From assembly GCA_035291665.1 (NCBI GenBank), contig DATDRP010000006.1, positions 145,255 through 209,254 on the forward strand: a stretch of DNA of 64,000 nucleotides, in the 5' to 3' direction. Of the stretch, positions 27,182-35,216 are shown piece after piece. The DNA is from Patescibacteria group bacterium (GTDB lineage: Bacteria; Patescibacteriota; Microgenomatia; UBA8517). A program made the translations under genes and the position numbers. The stretch's first letter is position 1. Each line of letters starts with the position of its first letter. The notes beneath the pieces were generated by a model. That model was not told the DNA's origin. It did no database searches and saw nothing but the letters and a program-made list of their open reading frames with translations.

Positions 27182-27190
27182 TGCTACAAT
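27182..27190 (+). promoter_or_regulatory. Extended -10 (TGcTACAAT), 6 nt before the dtd ATG
   Basis: TGCTACAAT at 27182-27190, ATG at 27197, no SD. Confidence 0.35.
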
Positions 27191-27196
27191 ATTCTC

Positions 27197-27640
27197 ATGC
27201 GAATTGTTGTTCAAAGAGTAAAAAGTTGCAAAGTTTCTGTATCCGAAAAAACTGTCGGGGAAATTGGAAATGGTTTTTTGGTCTTATTGGGGATCAAAAG
27301 GGGTGATTCGGAAAAAGATGTTGAAGAATTGGTTGATAAGCTTTACAAGCTTCGTATAATGTCAGACCAAGAGGATAAAATGAATCTGACAGTTACGGAA
27401 GCTGGAGCCTCGATTTTGGTAGTTTCTCAATTTACTCTTTACGCCAATACGAAAAAAGGAAACAGGCCAAGTTTTATTCAAGCCGAAGATTCAGGAAAAG
27501 CTGAAGTGCTGTATAAAAAATTTGTATCTATTTTGAAAGAAAAGAACGTCCCCGTTCAAACGGGAGAATTCGGTTCATATATGAAAATTGATGCACAACT
27601 TGATGGTCCTGTGACTATAATATTAGAAAGTGGAAAATAA
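27197..27640 (+). CDS. dtd: D-aminoacyl-tRNA deacylase
   Basis: MRIVVQRV..., SQFTLYA...KGNRPSF, and the GPVTI C-terminal motif. Confidence 0.92.
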   Translation: MRIVVQRVKSCKVSVSEKTVGEIGNGFLVLLGIKRGDSEKDVEELVDKLYKLRIMSDQEDKMNLTVTEAGASILVVSQFTLYANTKKGNRPSFIQAEDSGKAEVLYKKFVSILKEKNVPVQTGEFGSYMKIDAQLDGPVTIILESGK

Positions 27641-28322
27641 CATACCTATTACAAATACTCAGGCGGGAAGCGAAAAAGTAAGCCGGGGAAAATTTTGGCT
27701 TTCAGTTGTTAATATTATCTTTAAAGTCTTTTTCCTCTCATCTTCTTTAGTACTATCAGTACTTGTTCTTATTGGAACATTTCACCTTGGGTATCTCAAT
27801 GGATTTGCATCGGGAGAGAAAGCGACCGAAGAATATTTTGTAAAACTTATCGAAGCGGATGGCGGAGAAAGCAGTTTTGTTGTAACTCAAAATCAGGAAA
27901 GCAATCAAAAGTCCATCAACAAACTGGATTTAACATACGGACAAAATGTTACCTGGGGAGGGCCAGAACTTTGGGATTCCGTGAATGCAAAAAGAGTTGA
28001 ATACGGAGTTAACCCTCTTGGTAAGCGTGATGATCTATGCACGATAGCATCAATCCGTTTGAATGAACTTTTGGAGCTTCAAAAATTGGATGGTCATGAG
28101 GGTTTTTCCACCATGACGGAAAAACGTCCAGATCTGAAATGGATTTTTGATAAGTATTCGACAATAGCCGAATTTCTGGCAGTAGGTGGAGAAACGCCCC
28201 AAAAAACCGTCGAGCTTTGGGATAATACGCTTGGGCATAAAAAGCTACTTAATGGTGGGGAATATGTATGGGGATGTATTTATTCCCAAAATACGTTCGC
28301 AGTTGCTATTGCAGCGTATTAA
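27630..28322 (+). CDS. Membrane-anchored protein with CAP/SCP-like C-terminal domain
   Basis: N-terminal TM. The C-terminal region (R..E....L.H.GF.....GENL-like...H...LL......GC) resembles the CAP superfamily. GTG start is uncertain. Confidence 0.45.
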   Translation: MENNIPITNTQAGSEKVSRGKFWLSVVNIIFKVFFLSSSLVLSVLVLIGTFHLGYLNGFASGEKATEEYFVKLIEADGGESSFVVTQNQESNQKSINKLDLTYGQNVTWGGPELWDSVNAKRVEYGVNPLGKRDDLCTIASIRLNELLELQKLDGHEGFSTMTEKRPDLKWIFDKYSTIAEFLAVGGETPQKTVELWDNTLGHKKLLNGGEYVWGCIYSQNTFAVAIAAY

Positions 28323-28333
28323 CTTCATCAGCT

Positions 28334-28543
28334 TCAGTCCCCGGTAAGGTAACAGAAAATTGGCGAAATAAAAAAAGATATAACAAAAAGTATTATAGTA
28401 ACAACTGAAAATAATACTGCATTCCTGAACCTTTTTAGAATTATTTTTCTTTCGACCTTTTTTTTAGCAATTAACCTAAATAGAAAGTAGGTGCCGGAAA
28501 CTAAATTGGATAAAGACAGTAAAAGAAAAATAAATAAAACCAA
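28334..28543 (-). CDS. Small hypothetical membrane protein
   Basis: 69 aa with two TM helices. Confidence 0.35.
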   Translation of the reverse strand: MVLFIFLLLSLSNLVSGTYFLFRLIAKKKVERKIILKRFRNAVLFSVVTIILFVISFFISPIFCYLTGD

Positions 28544-28648
28544 CTTGTAAATATAGCTGAAGTTAATTAGCTATTTAGTAAATTTGTTGAAACAAAAATA
28601 GATCGGATAAGGCGGGTCGATCATGATGTCATCTACCATAAAACTTGC

Positions 28649-29254
28649 TTAATTATACATATTTTTCAAAAACCCTTTCAGTTTCTTTTCTGTATTATAT
28701 TGTCTACCGATAGAGACAAATAGGCGGTTAATGTCGCTCCAGTATTTCTTCGGAAGAATTTTCATAAGTTCAAGCTCTGTTTTTTCCGGAGTTTTTGTCT
28801 TAACCCATCCCAAGAGATTGCTGATTTTGTGAACATGGGTGTCAACTGCGATTGCAGGAATTCCGAACGCCCGATTTAAAACCAAATTGGCGGTTTTTCT
28901 TCCAACTCCGGGAAGTTTCATCAGATCTTCTCTGGTTTGGGGGATTTCCGATTTGAAATCCCTGATAATTAATTCAGAGAGATCAGGAAGTTGGCGCGCT
29001 TTAGTTTTATAAAATCCCACTGGATATATTAGTTTTTGAATTTCCAATTGACCTAATTTACCTAATTTTTTAATGTCAGGCGCATTCGAAAATAATCTTT
29101 TTGAAGCGGTAAGTGTAACATCATCGTTGGTTCTGGAAGACAGTAGTGTTGAAATGAGAGTTTTGTATGGATTATTTCCGAAGGTTTCGAGAGGAACGAG
29201 CCGGTAGTTTCTTTTGAAGACTCTAAAAATTTTTTCGAAGTTATATGATTTCAT
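28649..29254 (-). CDS. nth: Endonuclease III-like HhH-GPD DNA glycosylase (no Fe-S cysteine cluster)
   Basis: HhH motif LMKLPGVGRKTANLVL, then AVDTHVHKISNLLGW. No cysteine anywhere after the HhH motif (the protein has no Cys at all). The ATG at 29254 is preferred, because the ORF-track TTG start at 29272 overlaps a terminator hairpin. Confidence 0.8.
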   Translation of the reverse strand: MKSYNFEKIFRVFKRNYRLVPLETFGNNPYKTLISTLLSSRTNDDVTLTASKRLFSNAPDIKKLGKLGQLEIQKLIYPVGFYKTKARQLPDLSELIIRDFKSEIPQTREDLMKLPGVGRKTANLVLNRAFGIPAIAVDTHVHKISNLLGWVKTKTPEKTELELMKILPKKYWSDINRLFVSIGRQYNTEKKLKGFLKNMYN

Positions 29255-29261
29255 CCTTCTT

Positions 29262-29290
29262 ACAAAAGGCAAAACCCGTAAATTACGGGT
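29262..29290 (-). terminator. Rho-independent terminator of the small zinc-ribbon gene
   Basis: The minus strand reads ACCCGTA-ATT-TACGGGT followed by TTTGCCTTTT. Confidence 0.6.
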
Positions 29291-29329
29291 CTGCCCTTTT
29301 TATAAATATTCAAAAATCTAAAGACTTTA

Positions 29330-29464
29330 TTAGCCTCCGATCTTGAACATGGTTGTGCCGCAAACTTCACACTTACCTTTCTTAGCTTTTTTACCATTTT
29401 TCATCGTTACGTCTTCAATATCTTTACCTTCTCTTTTTGCGCGGCACTTTACACAATACATCAT
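29330..29464 (-). CDS. Small zinc-ribbon protein (44 aa, DUF5679-like), absent from the ORF track
   Basis: MMYCVKCRAKREGKDIEDVTMKNGKKAKKGKCEVCGTTMFKIGG has two CxxC pairs. A strong SD (GAGGAGGTGAGCGAA) precedes the ATG, and a terminator follows downstream. Confidence 0.6.
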   Translation of the reverse strand: MMYCVKCRAKREGKDIEDVTMKNGKKAKKGKCEVCGTTMFKIGG

Positions 29465-29502
29465 TTCGCTCACCTCCTCTCGTAAGGGCAGATCAAAAAC
29501 TG

Positions 29503-29793
29503 TTAGTTACCCTTCCAGGCTAAGTATAGCATCATCTCAGCCACAAATATGGTTACTGCCAAGCCGAGACTTTTGAATAGGTCTTTTTTAATCGAAGCTA
29601 AGTTATACATTTTGCCCGTAAAGCTGGCTTTTTCAATTCTGACGGGAGAAACAATTTTTGATTTTTTATCTTCCTGAAATTGGCTCTTGACAGTTGAAGC
29701 TGATACGTATTTTTTCGTGCCTAAAAGCAGACTTTCCTGATATCTATTTTTTGCTTTAAACTTTTGTTTTCTGGTACGGCGTTTATGACTCAT
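29503..29793 (-). CDS. Hypothetical basic protein with C-terminal TM
   Basis: 96-aa ORF with a Lys/Arg-rich N-terminus and a hydrophobic C-terminus. Confidence 0.4.
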   Translation of the reverse strand: MSHKRRTRKQKFKAKNRYQESLLLGTKKYVSASTVKSQFQEDKKSKIVSPVRIEKASFTGKMYNLASIKKDLFKSLGLAVTIFVAEMMLYLAWKGN

Positions 29794-29935
29794 TTGTAAA
29801 TTATTAAGGTATTTGTTATATGAATAAATAACACAACTTATTTAATTCTGCAACAGTAAATGCCTGAATACATTATATAATTGGATAGCAAACATTAAGA
29901 AAGTAAAGTTAGCGATATATATTTAGTTATAGAAA

Positions 29936-30436
29936 ATGATAACAACAATACTTTTAATTTTGATCATAATTTGGCTGTCAGTTGTGAGCTTTTATTTGTT
30001 TGATGTTTATAAGTCATTACGGAAACTGACAAGGAATGTGAAGGAACGTGATCTTTTGAAAATTCTATCCAAAGTATTCGAAAAAGAGTCGGAAAATTCA
30101 AAGTTAATTATCCAGAATTCAGATAAAATTAAGAAACTTTTTTCTGATGAGAAATTCATGCTCCATAAATTAGGAGTAGTAAGATTCAATCCGTTCTCGG
30201 AAATGGGCGGGGATCACAGTTTTTCAGTTGCTCTTCTGGACGGCAATAACGATGGAATTCTTTTAACAGGCCTCCATACAAGAGAAAGAACGCGAGTCTA
30301 TATGAAAAAAATTAATAAAGGGATTAGTAAGGTAGAACTATCGAAAGAAGAAAGCGAGGCTCTTAAAAAAGCTAAAGTAAATGATACCCTCGCCCAAGCC
30401 AAGTCACACTTGGTTGTCGAGTCAGACTCGATCTGA
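29936..30436 (+). CDS. DUF4446-family protein
   Basis: N-terminal TM, then VVRFNPFSEMGGDHSFSVALLD..GILLTGLHTRE, characteristic of DUF4446. Confidence 0.7.
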   Translation: MITTILLILIIIWLSVVSFYLFDVYKSLRKLTRNVKERDLLKILSKVFEKESENSKLIIQNSDKIKKLFSDEKFMLHKLGVVRFNPFSEMGGDHSFSVALLDGNNDGILLTGLHTRERTRVYMKKINKGISKVELSKEESEALKKAKVNDTLAQAKSHLVVESDSI

Positions 30437-30469
30437 TTCGGTGGTCTTCTTAAACGCTGTTATAAGTCG

Positions 30470-30507
30470 GGGTGACTGCACGATGCACGTGCATTGTACA
30501 GGCACCC
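30470..30507 (+). other. GC-rich imperfect hairpin containing the perfect 12-nt palindrome ATGCACGTGCAT
   Basis: GGGTG...CACCC outer pairs. The palindrome is at 30483-30494. No T-tract follows. Confidence 0.5.
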
Positions 30508-30692
30508 TAACAATAAGATAATTTCATTTAAATTGTGAATAATCCTCTTTAGATTTCTCAAAGATACACCTGATGAGTGAAGGATTTAACCGGTAATACA
30601 TACTCGGACAATTTAATCTTTCAAGGTTTCCCCATTGAAAATTACCGCAACCATCAACTATTATTAAATAGTCGTTTTTTAAGGTGATTCTC

Positions 30693-31880
30693 ATGGCAAA
30701 AATTTCAAAACAATACCTCATTACTTTGGTTATGAGTTTCTTGGGTCTGTATTTGATTTCAGCGGGGGTTTCTTATGCTGTATTTTCTTATATCGGTAAA
30801 GATACTACCCCGGTGGCTCAAAGTGATTTGCCGAAAGATGCTCGGGTTGATTTATCTCAGCCAAAAACTGAGGAATGCGTCATGAACGGTAAATATTACA
30901 CAAAAGATGAAAAAAATATTTGGGAAACCCGCCGGCCAATTGCTGCGATGATTGAAAATCATTTAGATGCCCGACCTCTTTCGGGAATTTCAAAAGCAGA
31001 TATTATTTATGAAGCCGTTGCAGAAGGCGGTATAACACGCATGTTAAATATTTTTTATTGCGGAGCGGCAGCGGAAGATGTTGAAATAGCGCCGGTCAGG
31101 TCGGCAAGAATTTATTTTGTTAATTGGGCGCAAGAGTACGAAGATCCGATATTCATGCACGTTGGCGGCGCAAATGATTATGCAGGTTACGGCGATACCG
31201 CAAAAGATGCAAGAGCACTTGAATATTTGACTACGATTGGATGGAGAGTGGCGGGGGGAAATGATTTTGATACAACATTTGATTCAGGATATCCCGTATT
31301 CTGGCGTAATTACGAAAGACTGGACCATGAGGTGGCAACGGAACACACAATGACGGCATCGTTAGACGAAGCATACAAACAAGCTGAAAAAAGAGGTTTC
31401 GGTCCCGTCAATGAAGATGGAGAGAAATGGAGTGATAATTTTGTTGCCTGGAGATTTGTGGATGATAAAGTGGTTGAAACTCCGGAGTATGAAACCATTA
31501 GTTTTGACTTTTGGGATAATAAACCGGATTATTCCGTATCGTGGAAATATGATAAAAGCAAAAATGCTTATTTACGAAGTAATGGCGGAAAAGAATTTAT
31601 TGATTTGACTACCGGCAGCCAGCTAGAAGCGAAAAATGTAGTTATTCAGTTTGTGAAAGAAAGAGGTCCGGTTGACAGGAATATACATATGTTATATACA
31701 ACTACCGGTGAAGGCAAGGCTACATTTTTTAACCAAGGAACAGTAACCGAAGGGACTTGGGAGAAAATTACTGCCGACTCCAGAACGCGTTTTTATGATG
31801 ATAAAGGTAAGGAAGTTTCATTTGTCAGGGGATTAATTTGGATTGAAGCAATTCCCACTGGAAACGTCATCAATTATTGA
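30693..31880 (+). CDS. DUF3048-domain secreted protein
   Basis: N-terminal TM/signal. RRPIAAMIENHLDARPLSGISKADIIYEAVAEGGITRML matches the DUF3048 core. Confidence 0.75.
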   Translation: MAKISKQYLITLVMSFLGLYLISAGVSYAVFSYIGKDTTPVAQSDLPKDARVDLSQPKTEECVMNGKYYTKDEKNIWETRRPIAAMIENHLDARPLSGISKADIIYEAVAEGGITRMLNIFYCGAAAEDVEIAPVRSARIYFVNWAQEYEDPIFMHVGGANDYAGYGDTAKDARALEYLTTIGWRVAGGNDFDTTFDSGYPVFWRNYERLDHEVATEHTMTASLDEAYKQAEKRGFGPVNEDGEKWSDNFVAWRFVDDKVVETPEYETISFDFWDNKPDYSVSWKYDKSKNAYLRSNGGKEFIDLTTGSQLEAKNVVIQFVKERGPVDRNIHMLYTTTGEGKATFFNQGTVTEGTWEKITADSRTRFYDDKGKEVSFVRGLIWIEAIPTGNVINY

Positions 31881-31930
31881 GTACAATAATTGTACTAGTT
31901 TTCTGCCCCAATTAAATTTAAAGATAAAGT

Positions 31931-32512
31931 ATGGTCAGCCTTGCAGATATTATTACCTCAAAAGTCAGAGTAAAAATTTTGGATCTTTATTTTTCCAATG
32001 TTAAAGAAATGTATCATGTCCGGGGAATTGTACGCGAAATAAAAGAAGAAATTAATGCCGTCAGGCGCGAGCTTGCAAGATTGGAAAAGTGTGATCTTTT
32101 GAAAAGAGAAGCACGGGGTAATAGAGTCTATTATTTTTTGAATAAAGATTATCCTTTTTACGGGGACCTCGTTTCAATGGTCTCAAAAACAACCGGCTTG
32201 GGAGCAGAGATTATCCAGTTAAAAAACAAGATTGGCAAACTCTCAATAGTTATGTTTTCCGGTAAATTTGCAAGAAGGATTGAAAGAAAAAGAGAAGACT
32301 CTGTTGATATTTTACTGGTCGGAGATGTTACGCTCCCCGATCTGGCTTCCGTAATTCGAAAAGAAGAGACAAAACGCGGATCGGAAATTAATTACACCGT
32401 TATGACACGTCAGGAACTCGATTTCAGAAAACGGCGAAGAGATCCCTTCTTACAGGAGATTATGTTGGAGGAAAGAATTATGATTATTGGGGATGAGAGT
32501 GACTTATTGTAG
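31931..32512 (+). CDS. Winged-helix (ArsR-like) transcriptional regulator with extra C-terminal domain
   Basis: N-terminal wHTH pattern (VRVKILDLY...VRGIVREI...INAVRRELARLEKCDLLK). Confidence 0.55.
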   Translation: MVSLADIITSKVRVKILDLYFSNVKEMYHVRGIVREIKEEINAVRRELARLEKCDLLKREARGNRVYYFLNKDYPFYGDLVSMVSKTTGLGAEIIQLKNKIGKLSIVMFSGKFARRIERKREDSVDILLVGDVTLPDLASVIRKEETKRGSEINYTVMTRQELDFRKRRRDPFLQEIMLEERIMIIGDESDLL

Positions 32513-32566
32513 GTATACTAATTGCTCCTATGAATTTTTCCAAAGTCTGTTCTAAAATATTAAAAT

Positions 32567-33901
32567 ATGTTTAAAACTCCTCTTCCTAAAGTGTTGCTGA
32601 TAATATTTCTGACCGTTTTTTCAATATATATTAATCTTCCCGGAAGCTTCACGCTTGATTTAACCCGTTACAAAATAAATTTCAATAAAACGCTTTCGAA
32701 ACCTGATCTAAAAATTGGAAGATTCAATTTGGGGAAAAAGAACGAGCTTATTTTGGGACTCGATCTTCAAGGGGGAAGCCGCTTGGTATTTGAAGCCGAT
32801 ACGGTAAATATAGACAGTTCTGTTTCCGGTGATGCATTGACCGGAACGAAAGATATTATAGAGAAACGGGTAAACCTTTTCGGGGTATCCGAACCCAATG
32901 TTCAGCTTTCCGAATTCGAAGGTAAAAAAAGGATTGTTGTTGAGCTTCCTGGGATAAAAGACATTAAGGAAGCAATAAAAATAATCGGGACTACTGCCCA
33001 GCTTAATTTTGCCGAAGTGAGCGAAGAAGAAGATAAAGGTTTGATTCCGACTGATCTAACCGGAGCGGATCTTGTAAAATCCCAAGTACAATTCGATCAA
33101 AAAACTTCAAAACCGGTTGTCGCCATAGAATTTAATGAAGCGGGCGGCAGTAAGTTTGAAAAATTGACGGAAAAAAATATCGGAAAGCCATTAGTAATCC
33201 TTCTGGATAATAATATTATTTCATATCCCACGGTGCAGGATAAAATTTCGGGCGGATCGGCAGTTATTACCGGAGATTTTACTTTGGACGAGGCAAAAAA
33301 TCTTGCAATTCAGCTTAATGCAGGAGCATTGCCCGTTCCGATCACTTTGGTTGAGCAAAGGACTGTCGGAGCGGCATTAGGTACCGAATCAGTACAAAAA
33401 TCTGTGAATGCGGGAGTAGTCGGCTTAGTTATGGTTATGCTCTTTATGATTCTTTCATATGGACGGATGGGTTTTGTTGCCGATTTAGCGCTCCTCATAT
33501 TCGGAACCATTACACTATCCTTGTATAAATTGATTCCCGTAGTTTTAACTCTTCCGGGAATTGCCGGATTTTTACTTTCGGTTGGTATGGCAGTTGATTC
33601 AAATATTTTGATATTTGAAAGGTTTAAAGAGGAAATAATTAAACGACCTTTTACAGATGCTCTTGAAATATCATTTGGGAAAGCATGGGATTCCATACGT
33701 GACGCCAACATTGCAACCCTGTCAACAGCTTTTATTTTGGCAAATCCTTTTGAATGGAATTTTCTACACACTTCCGGTCCGGTACGCGGTTTTGCTATCA
33801 CACTTGCTTTGGGGATTCTGATCAGTTTATTTACAGGCATTGTCGTTACGAGAAATTTACTAAGGGTTCTGATTCGAAAGAGTGGAAGAGTAAAAGAGTA
33901 G
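32567..33901 (+). CDS. secD: Protein translocase subunit SecD
   Basis: LGLDLQGG, periplasmic domain, and a C-terminal 6-TM block with DSNILIFERFKEE. Confidence 0.9.
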   Translation: MFKTPLPKVLLIIFLTVFSIYINLPGSFTLDLTRYKINFNKTLSKPDLKIGRFNLGKKNELILGLDLQGGSRLVFEADTVNIDSSVSGDALTGTKDIIEKRVNLFGVSEPNVQLSEFEGKKRIVVELPGIKDIKEAIKIIGTTAQLNFAEVSEEEDKGLIPTDLTGADLVKSQVQFDQKTSKPVVAIEFNEAGGSKFEKLTEKNIGKPLVILLDNNIISYPTVQDKISGGSAVITGDFTLDEAKNLAIQLNAGALPVPITLVEQRTVGAALGTESVQKSVNAGVVGLVMVMLFMILSYGRMGFVADLALLIFGTITLSLYKLIPVVLTLPGIAGFLLSVGMAVDSNILIFERFKEEIIKRPFTDALEISFGKAWDSIRDANIATLSTAFILANPFEWNFLHTSGPVRGFAITLALGILISLFTGIVVTRNLLRVLIRKSGRVKE

Positions 33902-33963
33902 AAGAGCTTGAGTATTTTTTTTACTTATACACTTGAACTCTCCTGCTCTTATACACTAATCAT

Positions 33964-34845
33964 ATGAATTGGCTTAAATATAAAAATATCAATTTAACTC
34001 TGTCAGGATTTTTGATTATTATCAGTATAATTTCACTTTTGAAGTGGGGTTTGAAAATAGGTGTTGATTTTACCGGTGGCTCTGTTATCGAATACAAAAT
34101 TGAAGAAAATTTTTCTCATGAGGAGGTTGTTACCCATGCCAAAGACAAAGGTTTCGATATCGTGTCTGTACAAAATGCCGGAAATAAAGTTTATCTTTTC
34201 AAACTGCCGCCGATTTCTGAAGACCAAAAATCTCAACTGACAGGTATTTTAAATGATGATCTAAAACTCAAGGCAACCGAACAAAAATTTGAGTCTGTCG
34301 GACCGGCAATAGGGGTCGAACTGATTAAAAAAACAGTTTATGCAATGATTATTGCGACGGTTATTATTTTATTCTGGATTGCTTATCAATTTAAAAATTT
34401 ACGTTTTGGTTTATCGGCAACAATTGCGACGATACACGACAGTACGATCTTGTTGGGTTCGTTTTCAATACTGGGGAAGTTTTTCGGGGCGGAAGTGGAT
34501 TTTCTTTTCGTTACAGCAATGTTGACAATCCTTTCATTTTCCGTTCACGACACAATTGTTGTTTTCGACCGAATCAGAGAACTTAAGAAAAGATCTTCTG
34601 GGGACGAAACAGATATTATAAATACTGCACTAAGCCAGACTATGGTTCGGTCGCTTAATAACTCCTTTACGATTTTATTCATGCTTTTTGCGTTGGTTCT
34701 TCTTGGAGGCATATCGGTCCGGTGGTTTGCGATTGCACTTTTTATCGGCACAATTCTGGGAACATATTCATCACCCTTCATAGCAGTTCCTTTTTATGTT
34801 GTTCTGGGAAATTTGGGGAGAAAAATTAAAAACCGAAAACCCTGA
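33964..34845 (+). CDS. secF: Protein translocase subunit SecF
   Basis: GVDFTGGS, and a TM block with HDTIVVFDRIRE. Confidence 0.9.
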   Translation: MNWLKYKNINLTLSGFLIIISIISLLKWGLKIGVDFTGGSVIEYKIEENFSHEEVVTHAKDKGFDIVSVQNAGNKVYLFKLPPISEDQKSQLTGILNDDLKLKATEQKFESVGPAIGVELIKKTVYAMIIATVIILFWIAYQFKNLRFGLSATIATIHDSTILLGSFSILGKFFGAEVDFLFVTAMLTILSFSVHDTIVVFDRIRELKKRSSGDETDIINTALSQTMVRSLNNSFTILFMLFALVLLGGISVRWFAIALFIGTILGTYSSPFIAVPFYVVLGNLGRKIKNRKP

Positions 34846-34851
34846 TTGTTA

Positions 34852-35148
34852 TCAGGTATAAAGTATCTCAAAAAATTCAATAAAGAAGAAAAATATATCC
34901 ATTACCAGGAAAAAAATTAAGTAAATAAGAATATAGTGGAGCCGTTTTTTAAAGGGATAAAGTGTCTTCAATACTGCAAAAGGTAAAATTGTTAATAAAA
35001 TATAAAACCCGATTCGTATGGTAAGCGGTATATATTTTGTGAACTGTCCGCCGGAAGCACTAAGATCGTAAGGTACAAGAAGTTTATTTATAAGACCTTG
35101 TATGATCAGATCAAAGTCCCTGAAAATGTGGGCAGTAAATTCAATCAT
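34852..35148 (-). CDS. Small hypothetical membrane protein
   Basis: 98 aa with 2-3 TM helices. Confidence 0.4.
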   Translation of the reverse strand: MIEFTAHIFRDFDLIIQGLINKLLVPYDLSASGGQFTKYIPLTIRIGFYILLTILPFAVLKTLYPFKKRLHYILIYLIFFLVMDIFFFFIEFFEILYT

Positions 35149-35216
35149 TAATATAATTATACCAAGCGGAAGAAAGTCCGGTCATTAAAAATATCTGAAG
35201 TCGGATTTTTTTAGAT

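Noticed and set aside
29343-29576. 77-aa + strand ORF
   Set aside because: It is antisense to the better-supported 44-aa zinc-ribbon gene (strong SD plus terminator) and to the 3' end of the 29503-29793 gene. The composition is hydrophobic and low-complexity, typical of shadow ORFs.
30524-30721. 65-aa minus-strand ORF between the DUF4446 and DUF3048 genes
   Set aside because: It overlaps the start of the DUF3048 gene. It has no SD or promoter-like context and no recognisable features. Probably spurious, though not excluded.
33310-33840. 176-aa antisense ORF inside secD. Similar long antisense ORFs occur at 44672-45229 (in gltX), 21868-22236, 40147-40503 and 49417-49837.
   Set aside because: Each overlaps a confidently identified conserved gene on the other strand. 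Long shadow ORFs are expected in AT-rich genomes, where stop codons are depleted opposite coding frames.
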